Assembly: GCA_964440565.1 (NCBI GenBank)
Contig: CAYTTB010000001.1
Location: 96,627 to 160,626, forward strand
Direction: 5' to 3'
Source: an uncultured Thermoanaerobaculia bacterium
GTDB lineage: Bacteria > Acidobacteriota > Thermoanaerobaculia > Thermoanaerobaculales > Sulfomarinibacteraceae
DNA: 64,000 nucleotides
Positions within the stretch are counted from its first letter, which is position 1; every line of letters begins with the position of its first letter. This document shows, piece by piece, positions 9,167 to 18,459 of this stretch. The notes below the pieces were generated by a model. The model saw nothing but the letters and a program-made list of their open reading frames with translations, was not told the DNA's origin and ran no database searches. The position numbers and the translations under genes are program-made.

Positions 9167-9964
9167 ATGACCTGGTTCCTCTCGCTCGGCCCGGTCGCCC
9201 AGGCCCTGGTGGCCACCCTCGGCACGTGGGGCGTCACGGCGCTGGGCGCGGCGGTGGTGCTGCTGACCCGGGACGTGTCGGAGCGGTACCTGGACGCCTC
9301 GGTGGGGTTCGCGGCCGGGGTGATGACGGCGGCGAGCTTCTGGAGCCTGCTCGCCCCCGCCATCGAGATGTCGGAGGCCGCCTACGGCGCGTTCAAGTGG
9401 ATCCCCCCGCTGGTGGGGTTCCTGATGGGGGCCGCCGTGCTGCGGCTCGTGGACGTGGTGCTGCCCCATCTCCACCCGGACATGGCCACGGTGGAGGGCG
9501 TCTCCACCTCCTGGCGGCGGACCACGCTGCTGGTGCTCGCCATCACCCTCCACAACATCCCGGAGGGGCTGGCGGTGGGCGTGGCCTTCGGTGCCGCGGC
9601 GGGAGGCGGCGACGTGGGCGGCGCCATCGCGCTCGCCATCGGGATCGGGTTGCAGAACTTCCCGGAGGGGAGTGCGGTGTCGCTGCCGCTGCGGCGGGAG
9701 GGCGTGGGCCGGTGGCGGGCGCTGTGGTACGGCCAGCTCTCGGCGGTGGTGGAGCCCGTCGCCGGGGTGCTCGGCGCCTGGGCCGTCCTCGCCGTGCACG
9801 CGATCCTGCCGTACGCCCTCGCCTTCGCCGCGGGCGCCATGATCTTCGTGGTGGCCGAGGAGCTGATCCCGGAGTCGCAGCGGCGCGGCAACCCGCACCT
9901 CGCCACCACCGGCGTGATCGTGGGGTTCGCGGTGATGATGGCGCTCGACGTGGCCCTCGGCTGA
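9167..9964 (+). CDS. ZIP-family (ZupT/GufA-like) metal transporter
   Basis: GFAAGVM..ASFWSLL, ITLHNIPEGLAVG, GIGLQNFPEG, VVEPV. Confidence 0.9.
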   Translation: MTWFLSLGPVAQALVATLGTWGVTALGAAVVLLTRDVSERYLDASVGFAAGVMTAASFWSLLAPAIEMSEAAYGAFKWIPPLVGFLMGAAVLRLVDVVLPHLHPDMATVEGVSTSWRRTTLLVLAITLHNIPEGLAVGVAFGAAAGGGDVGGAIALAIGIGLQNFPEGSAVSLPLRREGVGRWRALWYGQLSAVVEPVAGVLGAWAVLAVHAILPYALAFAAGAMIFVVAEELIPESQRRGNPHLATTGVIVGFAVMMALDVALG

Positions 9965-10002
9965 GGCGCGGGCCGGGCCGCCGGCTCGGGCATAATGGCG
10001 GC

Positions 10003-11073
10003 GTGGGCGAGATCGAGCGGCTGTGGCGGGCGTGGACGGGGGCCGGCCGCCCGGAGGCCGTCCTGGCGACGGTGGTGCGCACCGCCGGCTCCACCCTCCG
10101 GCGCGCCGGGGCGCGGCTGCTGCTGCTCCCCGGGGGCGAGGCCGAGGGGTTCGTGAGCGCGGGGTGCGTGGAGGCGGACCTGGCGGGGCACGCGGGGGAG
10201 GTGATGGCGACGGGGGCGCCCCGCCTCGTGAGCTACGACCCGCACGCCCTGGACGATCCCGTGTTCGGGTTCGGGATGGGGTGCCGGGGCACGCTCCACC
10301 TCCTGCTCGAGCGGCTCCCGGGTCCCGGGGCCGAGCTGCTCGGGTGGCTGGTGGAGCTCCGGCGCCGGAGGGTTCGGGCGGCGGTGGTGACGGCGGTGAG
10401 CGGGGATGCCCTGGGCCGCCGGCTGGTCGTGACCGGCGACGGCGAGGCGCGGCCGGTTCCGGAGGGGACGCCGTGGCCGGAGGCGGCGCGACGCGCGGCG
10501 GAGGTGGCGCTCGCGGGATCGGCGGAGCCGGCGCCCGGGGGGTTCGCCGTCGAGGTGGTGGAGCCTCCGCCGCAGCTGGTGGTGGCGGGCACGGGGGCGG
10601 TGGCGGCGGCGCTGGTACGGCAGGGGCTCCTCATGGGGTGGGAGGTCGTGGCGGTGGCGACGCGGCCGGAACCGCTCGCGGCGGAGCCGTTCACCCGGAT
10701 CCGTCGGGAGACCGGGACGGGGGTGGCGCCGCTCGAGCGCCTGGTCCTCGACCACCGCACCGCGGCGGTGCTCCTCACCCACCGGCTGGCGGACGACGTC
10801 GAGCTCGGGGAGGCGCTCCTCGGGACACCGGTGGCGTACGTGGGGGTGATGGGATCGCGGGGGCGCCGGCGGGCGCTGATCGGGGCCCTCGAGGAGCGGG
10901 GCGTGCCGCGGGAGGCGCTCGCGCGCCTGGCCATGCCCGTGGGCCTCGACCTCGGTGCGGAGACCGCGGAGGAGCTGGCGCTGGCCATCGCGGCCGAGGT
11001 GCAGGCGCGGCTGACCGGACGCTCCGCGGCGTCGCTCTCGGGCCGGGCGGAGCCGGTCCATGCCCGCACCTGA
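10003..11073 (+). CDS. XdhC/CoxI-family molybdoenzyme accessory protein
   Basis: LATVVRTAGST.RRAGA, GFVSAGCVEAD, FGFGMGCRG, YVGVMGSR, PVGLDLGAETAEELALAI. Confidence 0.9.
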   Translation: MGEIERLWRAWTGAGRPEAVLATVVRTAGSTLRRAGARLLLLPGGEAEGFVSAGCVEADLAGHAGEVMATGAPRLVSYDPHALDDPVFGFGMGCRGTLHLLLERLPGPGAELLGWLVELRRRRVRAAVVTAVSGDALGRRLVVTGDGEARPVPEGTPWPEAARRAAEVALAGSAEPAPGGFAVEVVEPPPQLVVAGTGAVAAALVRQGLLMGWEVVAVATRPEPLAAEPFTRIRRETGTGVAPLERLVLDHRTAAVLLTHRLADDVELGEALLGTPVAYVGVMGSRGRRRALIGALEERGVPREALARLAMPVGLDLGAETAEELALAIAAEVQARLTGRSAASLSGRAEPVHART

Positions 11074-11677
11074 GCCGGCGGCACTGATCCCGGCGGCCGG
11101 CGCCGGGACACGGTTCGGCGGGCCCAAGCTGCTCGTGCGGGTGGGGGGCGAGCCGCTCGTGCGCCGGGCGGTGCGGGTGGCGCTCTCGGCCGGCTGCACC
11201 CCGGTGGTGGTGGTGGTGGGCGCCCACGCCGCGGCGGTGCGCGGCGCGCTCGCGGGTTCCGGGGCCGAGGTGGTGTCCGCCCCGCGGTGGCGGGAGGGAA
11301 TGGGCGTGTCGCTCGCGGCCGGGGCGGCATGGTTGCTCGAGCGTGGCCTCGGGAAGGACGGCGTGGTCGTGCTGCTGCCCGACCAGCCGCTGGTGACCGC
11401 CGTCCACGTCCGTGCGGTGATCGAGGCTGCCGCGGCGCGGGGGGCGTGCATGGCGGCGGCCGACCCCGGCGACGGGCGGCTCCGGCCGCCGGCGTGGTTC
11501 GCGGGTGGGGCGCTTCCCGGGCTGGCCCGGCTCGAGGGGGACCGCGGCGCCCGGGACCTGCTGCGCGCCGAGGGTGCCCGCGTGGCGGTGGTGCCGTGCC
11601 CCGAGGCGGCGGTGGACGTGGACCGGCCCGCCGACCTGGAGCACCTCCCTCCGGGACCGCTCACCCCACGCGGGTGA
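11060..11677 (+). CDS. MocA/MobA-like nucleotidyltransferase (molybdenum cofactor)
   Basis: AAGAGTRFGGPKLL, WREGMGVSL, LPDQP, GDRGAR, DVDRPADL. Overlaps xdhC. Confidence 0.87.
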   Translation: MPAPEPAALIPAAGAGTRFGGPKLLVRVGGEPLVRRAVRVALSAGCTPVVVVVGAHAAAVRGALAGSGAEVVSAPRWREGMGVSLAAGAAWLLERGLGKDGVVVLLPDQPLVTAVHVRAVIEAAAARGACMAAADPGDGRLRPPAWFAGGALPGLARLEGDRGARDLLRAEGARVAVVPCPEAAVDVDRPADLEHLPPGPLTPRG

Positions 11678-12923
11678 GGACCCCCGCGGCGAGCGCCGCC
11701 TCCGGGTCGCGCAGCGCCCGGGACGCCGCGTCGTGCGGAAGGTCGGGGCGGGCGAGGTCGAGCCCCACGCACCGGTTCCGCCCCTCGGCCTTGGCGATGC
11801 GCAGCGCCGCGTCGGCCAGGGCGACGGCGTCCTCCCAGCTGAGCCGCTCCTCGGCGTCGAGCGGCCAGGCGGCGTACCCCACGGAGCAGGTCGTGGGCAC
11901 CGCGCCGCCGCGGGAGGTGTGGGCGGCGGTGGCGGCCACCCTCTCCCGGATACGGTCCGCGAGCTCCCCGAGCCGGGCCCGGTCCACCTCCGGCGCGAGC
12001 ACCAGGAACTCCTCGCCGCCCCAGCGGACCACGATGTCGGCCTCGCGGACGGCGCGCCGGATCCGCTGCGCCGCCTCGCGGAGCACGGCGTCCCCGGCCT
12101 CGTGGCCGAACAGGTCGTTGATCCGCTTGAAGCGATCGAGGTCCACCATGAGCACCCCGAGGTCGCGGTTGGCGCTCCCTTCCGCGCGGCGGCGGCGCAC
12201 CCGCCCGATGGCGGTACGGACCGTCTGCAGGAGGTAGCGCCGGTTGGGCAGGCCCGTGAGCGAGTCGGTGACCGCGGCCCGTTCGAGCTCGCGGTTCAGG
12301 CGATCGAGCTCGCGGTTGCGCGCCTCGAGCTCGGCCGAGAGGGCCTCGAGCTCCAGCGCTCGGTCGCGCTCGCTGCGGCGGAGCGCGGCCACCCTCTGCC
12401 GCTTGCGCCGGAGCTCCACGATCCCCCGCTGGGCGGGGAGCAGGGCGGCGAGCAGGAGCGCGATCCGGCCGAGGGCGGCGGGGGCCGTGTCGAGGCGGCC
12501 GGCCAGCAGGGGGAGCGCGCCGGCGTACGCCGCGGCCACCGCGGCGGAGGCCATCGCCACCCCGGCGGTGCCGGCGGCGAACGCCGCGGGCAGCAGCACC
12601 GCCGCGTACAGGACCCACAGGGGGCTCGTCGCCCCTCCCGAGATGGCCACCAGCGCGGTGACCACGGCGAGGTCCAGCGGGACCCACACCGCGGCGGCGG
12701 CGGGGCCCACGAGGCGAAGCCTCCCGGCACGGAGGAGGGCCCCGAGGGCGAGGGCGCTGCTCGCGCCGAGCACCAGGAGGAGCAGGGCCGGTCGCCACGG
12801 GAACCACACCGCGCCCACGACGCGGGCCGCCACCAGGGCGGCCGCCACCATGAGGTACGCCCCGCCCCGTCGGCGCTGCGCGAGCGCCTCGAGCTGCAGG
12901 CCGAGCCGGCTCGCGGGCCTCAC
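11661..12923 (-). CDS. Membrane-anchored diguanylate cyclase
   Basis: N-terminal TM helices, coiled coil, DSLTGLPNRR, DLDRFKRIND.FGH..GD, RWGGEEF with RxxD I-site (READ). Confidence 0.9.
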   Translation of the reverse strand: MRPASRLGLQLEALAQRRRGGAYLMVAAALVAARVVGAVWFPWRPALLLLVLGASSALALGALLRAGRLRLVGPAAAAVWVPLDLAVVTALVAISGGATSPLWVLYAAVLLPAAFAAGTAGVAMASAAVAAAYAGALPLLAGRLDTAPAALGRIALLLAALLPAQRGIVELRRKRQRVAALRRSERDRALELEALSAELEARNRELDRLNRELERAAVTDSLTGLPNRRYLLQTVRTAIGRVRRRRAEGSANRDLGVLMVDLDRFKRINDLFGHEAGDAVLREAAQRIRRAVREADIVVRWGGEEFLVLAPEVDRARLGELADRIRERVAATAAHTSRGGAVPTTCSVGYAAWPLDAEERLSWEDAVALADAALRIAKAEGRNRCVGLDLARPDLPHDAASRALRDPEAALAAGVLTRVG

Positions 12924-12950
12924 CCCGCGCCTCCGGCGGCCGTGGGGTCG

Positions 12951-14018
12951 TCACGGCGCGGCGATCCCATCCGGGCTCACCCCCAGCCTCACCTCGGGCC
13001 GCGGCGGCTTCAGGTAGCGGGCGAGGAAGGCGTAGATCTTCTTCCGGTACCGCCACGCCTCGGGTGTGTCGAGGCGGTCGAAGCTGTGGCCCCCGGGGAC
13101 GTCCGAGACCTCGTACTCGAACGTCTTGCCCGCCGCCTTCAGCGCCTGGATCAGATGCTGTACCTCGATGTAGTTGACGTCCTCGTCGTGGACGTTGGTG
13201 TGGATCCTGAGCGGGATCCTGAGCTCCTCCGCGTGCCACGCCGGCGAGCGGCGCATGTACTCCTGGAGGTTCTCGTTGGCCGACTGGCCCAGGAAGTACT
13301 CCGCCTCGTAGAGGTCGCGATAGTCCTGGGTCATGTACCCCATCCGCATCACCAGGTCGGAGACCGGGACGCCGGCGAAGGCGCAGCGGTACGCCTCCGG
13401 GTGGCGGAACGCGCTCATGAGTGCGATGAGGCCGCCGTGACTCCAGCCCAGGATCCCGACCCGATCCCGGTCCACCCGGGGGTGGTTCTTCACCGCCCAG
13501 TCCCTGGCCGCGAGGCAGTCCTCCACCTCCCGCCCGCCGTAGTCGATGAGCTCGTAGAACCACCGCCCGTACCCCGTGGAGCCGCGGTAGTCCGGCGCCA
13601 CCACCACGTACCCCTGGGCGACGAGCTCGCGCACGATGTGGGCGTAGTAGGTGGTGAAGTCGGCGTGCACCCCCCCGTGCGGCAGCACCAGCAGCGGCAA
13701 CCTCGCGCCGCCGAACCGCTCCCTGGGCGTGAACACGTAGGTGTAGAACTTGACGCGGTTGCCGGCACCGATGGCGGTGGGGCTCTCCTCCTTCCAGCGG
13801 GGGGGACCGTAGATCCGGACCTTGTCCACCACCGCCACGTCGCCCACCCGCTGGAACCAGAGGAGGTCATCGATCTTCTTGGCGAGCTCGTCGAACCGGT
13901 GACGCTGGTTCTCGACCCGGCGCTCCAGGCGCTCGAGGCGGTCCTGCCCCTGCCCTGCGCCGGCCGGCGCCACCGCCGCGAGCAGGAGCACGAGCCCGAC
14001 GAGGACGTTCCGACGCAT
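12951..14018 (-). CDS. Secreted S9-family (prolyl oligopeptidase-like) peptidase
   Basis: Signal peptide, LPHGG, DYRGSTGYG, nucleophile motif GWSHGG, D and H (GHSF) of the triad. ATG after GGGAGG. Confidence 0.88.
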   Translation of the reverse strand: MRRNVLVGLVLLLAAVAPAGAGQGQDRLERLERRVENQRHRFDELAKKIDDLLWFQRVGDVAVVDKVRIYGPPRWKEESPTAIGAGNRVKFYTYVFTPRERFGGARLPLLVLPHGGVHADFTTYYAHIVRELVAQGYVVVAPDYRGSTGYGRWFYELIDYGGREVEDCLAARDWAVKNHPRVDRDRVGILGWSHGGLIALMSAFRHPEAYRCAFAGVPVSDLVMRMGYMTQDYRDLYEAEYFLGQSANENLQEYMRRSPAWHAEELRIPLRIHTNVHDEDVNYIEVQHLIQALKAAGKTFEYEVSDVPGGHSFDRLDTPEAWRYRKKIYAFLARYLKPPRPEVRLGVSPDGIAAP

Positions 14019-14062
14019 CGTGACCTCCCTTCCCCGTCCCGAGAGACGGTCACGGGGCCACG

Positions 14063-14899
14063 TTACCGGCTCGCGCCGCCGGGGACAACCCGCGACAGGC
14101 GCGACCGGGCGGCCACGAGGCGCCGGGCGCGCTCGGGGTTCACCCGGCCGCCGGCACGCCCCCCCTCCTCGAGCCAGGAGCCCACGATGGCGCCGTGGGC
14201 GTCCGTGTACCGGGCGAGGGTGTCCGCTGTCACCCCGGAGCCCACCAGCACCGGCACGCGCACCGCCCGCCGGACGCAGCGCACGACCTCGGGGTCCGCG
14301 GGGGCACCGGTGGCGGGTCCGGTGACGACCACCGCGTCGGCGAGGCCGCGCTCCGCCGCCTCGCGCGCGGCCTGGGCGGGATCGGTCGGCACGGGAGGGA
14401 CGCCGTGCTTCACCAGCACGTCGGCCACCAGTGCCACGTCCGGAGCGAGACGCGCGCGCTCGCGCAGCGTCTCCCAGGCGCGGCCCTGGAGGAGCCCCTG
14501 GTCGGTCCACATCGCCCCCGCGTGCACGTTGATCCGGACGAGGTCGGCGCCGGCGGCGGCGGCGACGGCGAGGCCGGCCCGGGCGTCGTTGCGGAGCACG
14601 TTGACACCCACGAGCGGCTCCGGCCCCACCTCGGCGCGCACCGCGGCCACGGCCACCGCCATCGCCGCCACCGTCTCGGGCGGCACCGCTCCGGGGTGGT
14701 ACGGGACGTCGCCGTGGTTCTCCACCACCACGCCGTCGAGCCCCGCCTCGGCGAGCGCCGCCGCGTCACGCCGCGCGGCCTCGAGCACCGCGGCCATGGA
14801 GCCGGCCCAGCCGGGGCTCCCCGGCAGCGGCGGCAGGTGCACCATCCCGAGCAGGAGAAAGCGCCCTCCCGCCAGCGCGGCCTCGAGCCGGCGGCTCAC
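14063..14899 (-). CDS. BtpA/SgcQ-family TIM-barrel protein
   Basis: GMVHLPPLPGSP, VENHGDVPY, GVNVLRND, DQGLLQG, ADVLVKH, VVTGPATG, VGSGV. Confidence 0.88.
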   Translation of the reverse strand: MSRRLEAALAGGRFLLLGMVHLPPLPGSPGWAGSMAAVLEAARRDAAALAEAGLDGVVVENHGDVPYHPGAVPPETVAAMAVAVAAVRAEVGPEPLVGVNVLRNDARAGLAVAAAAGADLVRINVHAGAMWTDQGLLQGRAWETLRERARLAPDVALVADVLVKHGVPPVPTDPAQAAREAAERGLADAVVVTGPATGAPADPEVVRCVRRAVRVPVLVGSGVTADTLARYTDAHGAIVGSWLEEGGRAGGRVNPERARRLVAARSRLSRVVPGGASR

Positions 14900-15801
14900 G
14901 CCGCCTCCTCGACGAGCCAGCGGAGCAGGCAGCCGAGCGCCTGCCGCTCGGGGGAGAGGTTGAGGACGGCCGCGGTGCGCTCGGCGGCGAGCAGCTCGCC
15001 CGCGAGGCGCGCGAGACCGGGGCCGTGCTCGGGGAGCTCCGCGGCCAGGCGCACCGCCGCCGCGGCAGCGGCGACCAGCCCGCCGGTGGTGGTTCCGGCC
15101 CGGCGGGCGGCGCGCAGCAGCGGCAGCGGGTCGGGTCGCTCGAGGGCGGCGCGCAGGGACGCCGCCACCTCGTTCACGATCCCGGCGGCCTCGGGGGCCA
15201 CGTCGGCGAGGCCGGCGAGCTCGGGAGGCTCCACCGGCAGGCCGAGGCGGCGCGCCACCGCCATGGGGGTGGGCAGGCGCAGCGTCTGGCAGCGGGAGCG
15301 GATGGTGGGGAGGACCGCCTCGGGGTTGGCGGCGAGCAGCAGGAAGCGGACGTGCGCGGGCGGCTCCTCCAGCGTCTTGAGGAGGGCGTTGGCGGCCTCC
15401 GGCCCGAGGCGGGCGGCCTCGACGCCGTCCAGGATCCATACCCGGGCCGGCGCCTCGAACGGGCGGCCGGGCGCCGCCGCGACCACCTCGCGCACCTGCT
15501 CGATGCGGATACGTCCCGAGCGGCCCTCCGGCACCACCACCGCCACGTCCGGGTGGACCCCGCGGCGGACGCGGGCGCAGCTCGGGCAGGGACAGGCGGG
15601 AGGGCCGGCGTCCGGGCAGGTGAGCAGCGCCGCCGCCTCCACCGCCGCGAGCTCGCGCCCGAGCCGCTCGGGTCCGGCCAGGAGCAGCGCGTGCGGGAGG
15701 AGCCCCCGGTCACGCGCCGCCGCGATCCGCTCCACCGTGGGCGTGGCGACGGGGGCGAGGCGATCGCGCCGGGCCACGGCGGCCTCGAACCAGGCGCTCA
15801 T
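14896..15801 (-). CDS. holB: DNA polymerase III delta' subunit
   Basis: HALLLAG, C..C.SC..V..GVHPDV, IRIEQVR, AANALLKTLEEPP, LPTIRSRC. Follows tmk. Confidence 0.9.
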   Translation of the reverse strand: MSAWFEAAVARRDRLAPVATPTVERIAAARDRGLLPHALLLAGPERLGRELAAVEAAALLTCPDAGPPACPCPSCARVRRGVHPDVAVVVPEGRSGRIRIEQVREVVAAAPGRPFEAPARVWILDGVEAARLGPEAANALLKTLEEPPAHVRFLLLAANPEAVLPTIRSRCQTLRLPTPMAVARRLGLPVEPPELAGLADVAPEAAGIVNEVAASLRAALERPDPLPLLRAARRAGTTTGGLVAAAAAAVRLAAELPEHGPGLARLAGELLAAERTAAVLNLSPERQALGCLLRWLVEEAA

Positions 15802-16418
15802 CCCAGCACCTCCTCCACCGCCTCGAGCACGCGCCGGAACACCGTCCCGGGGTCACCGTCGGCGGCCACCAGCCGGATCCGCTCCGGATGACGACGGGCC
15901 AGCTCGCGGAACCCCTGCACCACCCGCCGGTGGAACGCCTCGGGGGCGCCATCGAGGCGCGAGGGCGGCGCCGGGCGCGCCGTGGCCCGGGCGAGCGCGG
16001 CGTCCGCCGGGAGATCGAGGAGCACGGTGAGGTCGGGCTCGAGCCCGCCGGTGGCCACGGCGTTGAGTCGCTCCACCAGCTCGAGGGGCAGGCCGCCCGC
16101 GAGCCCCTGGTAGACGAGGGACGAGTCGGTGAACCGGTCGCACAGCACCACCGCCCCGCGGGCGAGGGCGGGGCGGACGAGCCGCTCCACGTGATCGTGG
16201 CGCGCGGCCTCGAGCAGGAACAGCTCGGTGAGGGCGTCCGGTGACTGGGCGGGGTCCAGGAGGATCTCGCGCACCCGCTCGGCCAGCGGCGTGCCGCCCG
16301 GCTCCCGGGTCGTCACCACCTCGCGCCCGCGCGCCGCGAGGTGCGCCCCGAGGCGCTGGATCTGGGTGGTCTTGCCGGTGCCCTCGCCGCCCTCGAAGGT
16401 GATCAGGAGCCCACGCAC
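15798..16418 (-). CDS. tmk: Thymidylate kinase
   Basis: ITFEGGEGTGKTTQ, TREPGGT, CDRFTDSS.VYQG. Confidence 0.96.
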   Translation of the reverse strand: MRGLLITFEGGEGTGKTTQIQRLGAHLAARGREVVTTREPGGTPLAERVREILLDPAQSPDALTELFLLEAARHDHVERLVRPALARGAVVLCDRFTDSSLVYQGLAGGLPLELVERLNAVATGGLEPDLTVLLDLPADAALARATARPAPPSRLDGAPEAFHRRVVQGFRELARRHPERIRLVAADGDPGTVFRRVLEAVEEVLG

Positions 16419-16465
16419 GGCGCCAGTATACGGCCGGCGGCCGGCGGGTACGGTACGGTGGGGGG
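16419..16465. promoter_or_regulatory. Compact divergent promoter region with two -10/N6/GTG units
   Basis: TATACT on minus strand (16425-16430) 6 nt before tmk GTG. TACGGT on plus strand (16454-16459) 6 nt before GTG 16466. Confidence 0.55.
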
Positions 16466-16948
16466 GTGAGCCTGCTGGGAGTGCTCTCCGACTCGCACGA
16501 CGACCTCGGCCGGCTCGCGGCGGCGGCGGAGTCCCTCGCCGCCCTCGGGGTGCGGCTGGCCGTGCACTGCGGCGACATCACGGGGCCGGAGGCGGTGGCC
16601 GCGCTCCGGGGTCTCGAGGTCCACTGGGTGCTCGGCAACTGCGACCTGGACCGCCCGGGGCTCGAGGCCGCGATGCGGGACGCGGGTCACCGCCTCCACG
16701 GCCGGACCGGCGGGCTCGAGGTGGAGGGCGTGCGCGTCGCGTTCACCCATGGCCACCGGAGCGGCGAGGTGGCGCGGCTGGCCTCGGCGGGGGCCGCGCT
16801 GGTGTGCCACGGGCACACCCACCGGCGTGCGCTCCGACGGGAGGGGCCGACGCTGGTCCTGTGCCCCGGCGCGGTCACCCTGGCACCCGAGCCGGGGCTG
16901 GCGGTGGTCCACCTCCCGGACCTGGAGGTCGCCTGGCTCGACCTGTGA
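16466..16948 (+). CDS. YfcE-like metallophosphoesterase
   Basis: SDSHD, HCGD, GNCD, THGH, GHTH metal-binding motifs. Confidence 0.9.
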   Translation: MSLLGVLSDSHDDLGRLAAAAESLAALGVRLAVHCGDITGPEAVAALRGLEVHWVLGNCDLDRPGLEAAMRDAGHRLHGRTGGLEVEGVRVAFTHGHRSGEVARLASAGAALVCHGHTHRRALRREGPTLVLCPGAVTLAPEPGLAVVHLPDLEVAWLDL

Positions 16949-16957
16949 GGGCCTCGC

Positions 16958-17836
16958 TCAGGAGACCACGCGCAGGTACGCCTCCTCCGCCCGGTACGAG
17001 GACCGGACGAAGGGGCCCGCGATCACCTCGAGGCCGAGCTCCCGCCCGGCCGCCTCCAGCTCCGCGAGCTCCTCCGGCCGCCAGTAGCGGGCCACCGGCA
17101 CCTGGCGCAGGGTGGGCCGCAGGTACTGGCCGATGGTGACCACCTGGCACCCGGCCGCGGCGAGATCGGCGAGCACCCGGAGCACCTCCTCGCGGGTCTC
17201 GCCCAGCCCCACCATCAGGCCCGACTTGCGCACGATCCGGGGGGCCCGCTCTGCGACCCGCGAGAGCACGTCCAGCGCCCATGCGTAGCGGCCGGAGCGC
17301 CGCACCTGCCGGTAGAGGCGGGGCACCGTCTCCACGTTGTGGTTGTACACGTGGGGGCCGGCGTCCACCACCCGGTCCACCTGGGCGAGGTCTCCCCTGA
17401 AGTCCGGGGTGAGCACCTCCACGGTGGGCGGGTCCGGGAGCGCCCCGAGCGCGCGGATGCAGGCGACGAAGGCGCCCGCGCCGCCGTCGGGGAGGTCGTC
17501 GCGGTCCACCGAGGTGATCACCACGTGGCGGAGCCCCAGCGCCCGCACGGCCTCCACGAGCTGGCGCGGCTCGTCGGGGTCCGGTGGTCGCGGGCGCCCG
17601 TGCGCGATGGCGCAGTACGCACAGCTGCGCGTGCACACGCGGCCGTTGATGAGGAAGGTGGCGGTCCCGCGGGAGAAGCACTCGGACCGGTTGGGGCAGC
17701 GCGCCTCCTCGCACACCGTGTGCAGGCCGCCGCGCCGCATCGCCGCCTTCACCTCGTGCAGCTCGCCGAGCCGCAGCCTGCGGCTGCGGATCCAGTCGGG
17801 GAGCGCCGGGGCCGGGGTCCGTCCGCCGAAGCTCAT
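16958..17836 (-). CDS. lipA: Lipoyl synthase
   Basis: CEEARCPNRSEC, CTRSCAYC, NHNVETV, KSGLMVGLGET, GQYL, VRSSY. Confidence 0.96.
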   Translation of the reverse strand: MSFGGRTPAPALPDWIRSRRLRLGELHEVKAAMRRGGLHTVCEEARCPNRSECFSRGTATFLINGRVCTRSCAYCAIAHGRPRPPDPDEPRQLVEAVRALGLRHVVITSVDRDDLPDGGAGAFVACIRALGALPDPPTVEVLTPDFRGDLAQVDRVVDAGPHVYNHNVETVPRLYRQVRRSGRYAWALDVLSRVAERAPRIVRKSGLMVGLGETREEVLRVLADLAAAGCQVVTIGQYLRPTLRQVPVARYWRPEELAELEAAGRELGLEVIAGPFVRSSYRAEEAYLRVVS

Positions 17837-18447
17837 GGCCGCACCACCCACGCGTCGTCGTAGCCCGCCGCCCGCATCCGCCGCTTCACCCGCTCGGCCG
17901 AGGCGGCGTCGGGGAACGGTCCAACCCTGAGCTTGAGCAGCAGATTCCCGTCCGCGGTGCGGACCCGCACCACCCGCTGGTGACTCGGCGGGAAGCCGAG
18001 GCGTTCCAGGCGGCGCTGCTGCTTCCGGACCGCTCGCGGCTCGCGCGAGGCCAGGACCTGCACCCAGAAGGCCGGAGACGGCGCCGGCACGGCCCGCCTC
18101 GCCCGCACCGGGCGCGGGGTCGCGGTGGGTGCCGGTGTGGCCGTGGGCCTGGGCGTGGCGGTGGGGACCGGCGGGCGCGAGGTGGGTGCGGGGGACGGCG
18201 ACGGCGCGGGGGTGGTGGTGGGCGCGGTCGGCGTCGCGGTGGGGGTGGGCGCCGGGGCCGGGGCGGGCGAGGCGAGCGGCGGAGCGGGCGGGACGGGGAC
18301 CTCCTCGCTCCGCTCCACGGTCCACGCGGCGGCGTAGCCGAGGACGAAGGCGGCCACGATGAGCGCCGCCACCGCGGCCAGCGCCGCCGTGAGCTGCCCG
18401 GCCGACAGGGTGAGCTCGTAGTACGTCCGGTCGCGCCGCTCACCCAC
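17833..18447 (-). CDS. SPOR-domain membrane protein (FtsN/DedD-like)
   Basis: N-terminal YYELTLS plus TM helix, Pro/Thr/Ala linker, FWVQVLAS..LRVGPF..A..V..RM..GY.DAWVV. Confidence 0.82.
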   Translation of the reverse strand: MGERRDRTYYELTLSAGQLTAALAAVAALIVAAFVLGYAAAWTVERSEEVPVPPAPPLASPAPAPAPTPTATPTAPTTTPAPSPSPAPTSRPPVPTATPRPTATPAPTATPRPVRARRAVPAPSPAFWVQVLASREPRAVRKQQRRLERLGFPPSHQRVVRVRTADGNLLLKLRVGPFPDAASAERVKRRMRAAGYDDAWVVRP

Positions 18448-18459
18448 GCCGCCTCCCGG

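Noticed and set aside
18085-18300. Low-complexity GC repeats in the SPOR gene
   Set aside because: They encode an ordinary Pro/Thr/Ala linker.
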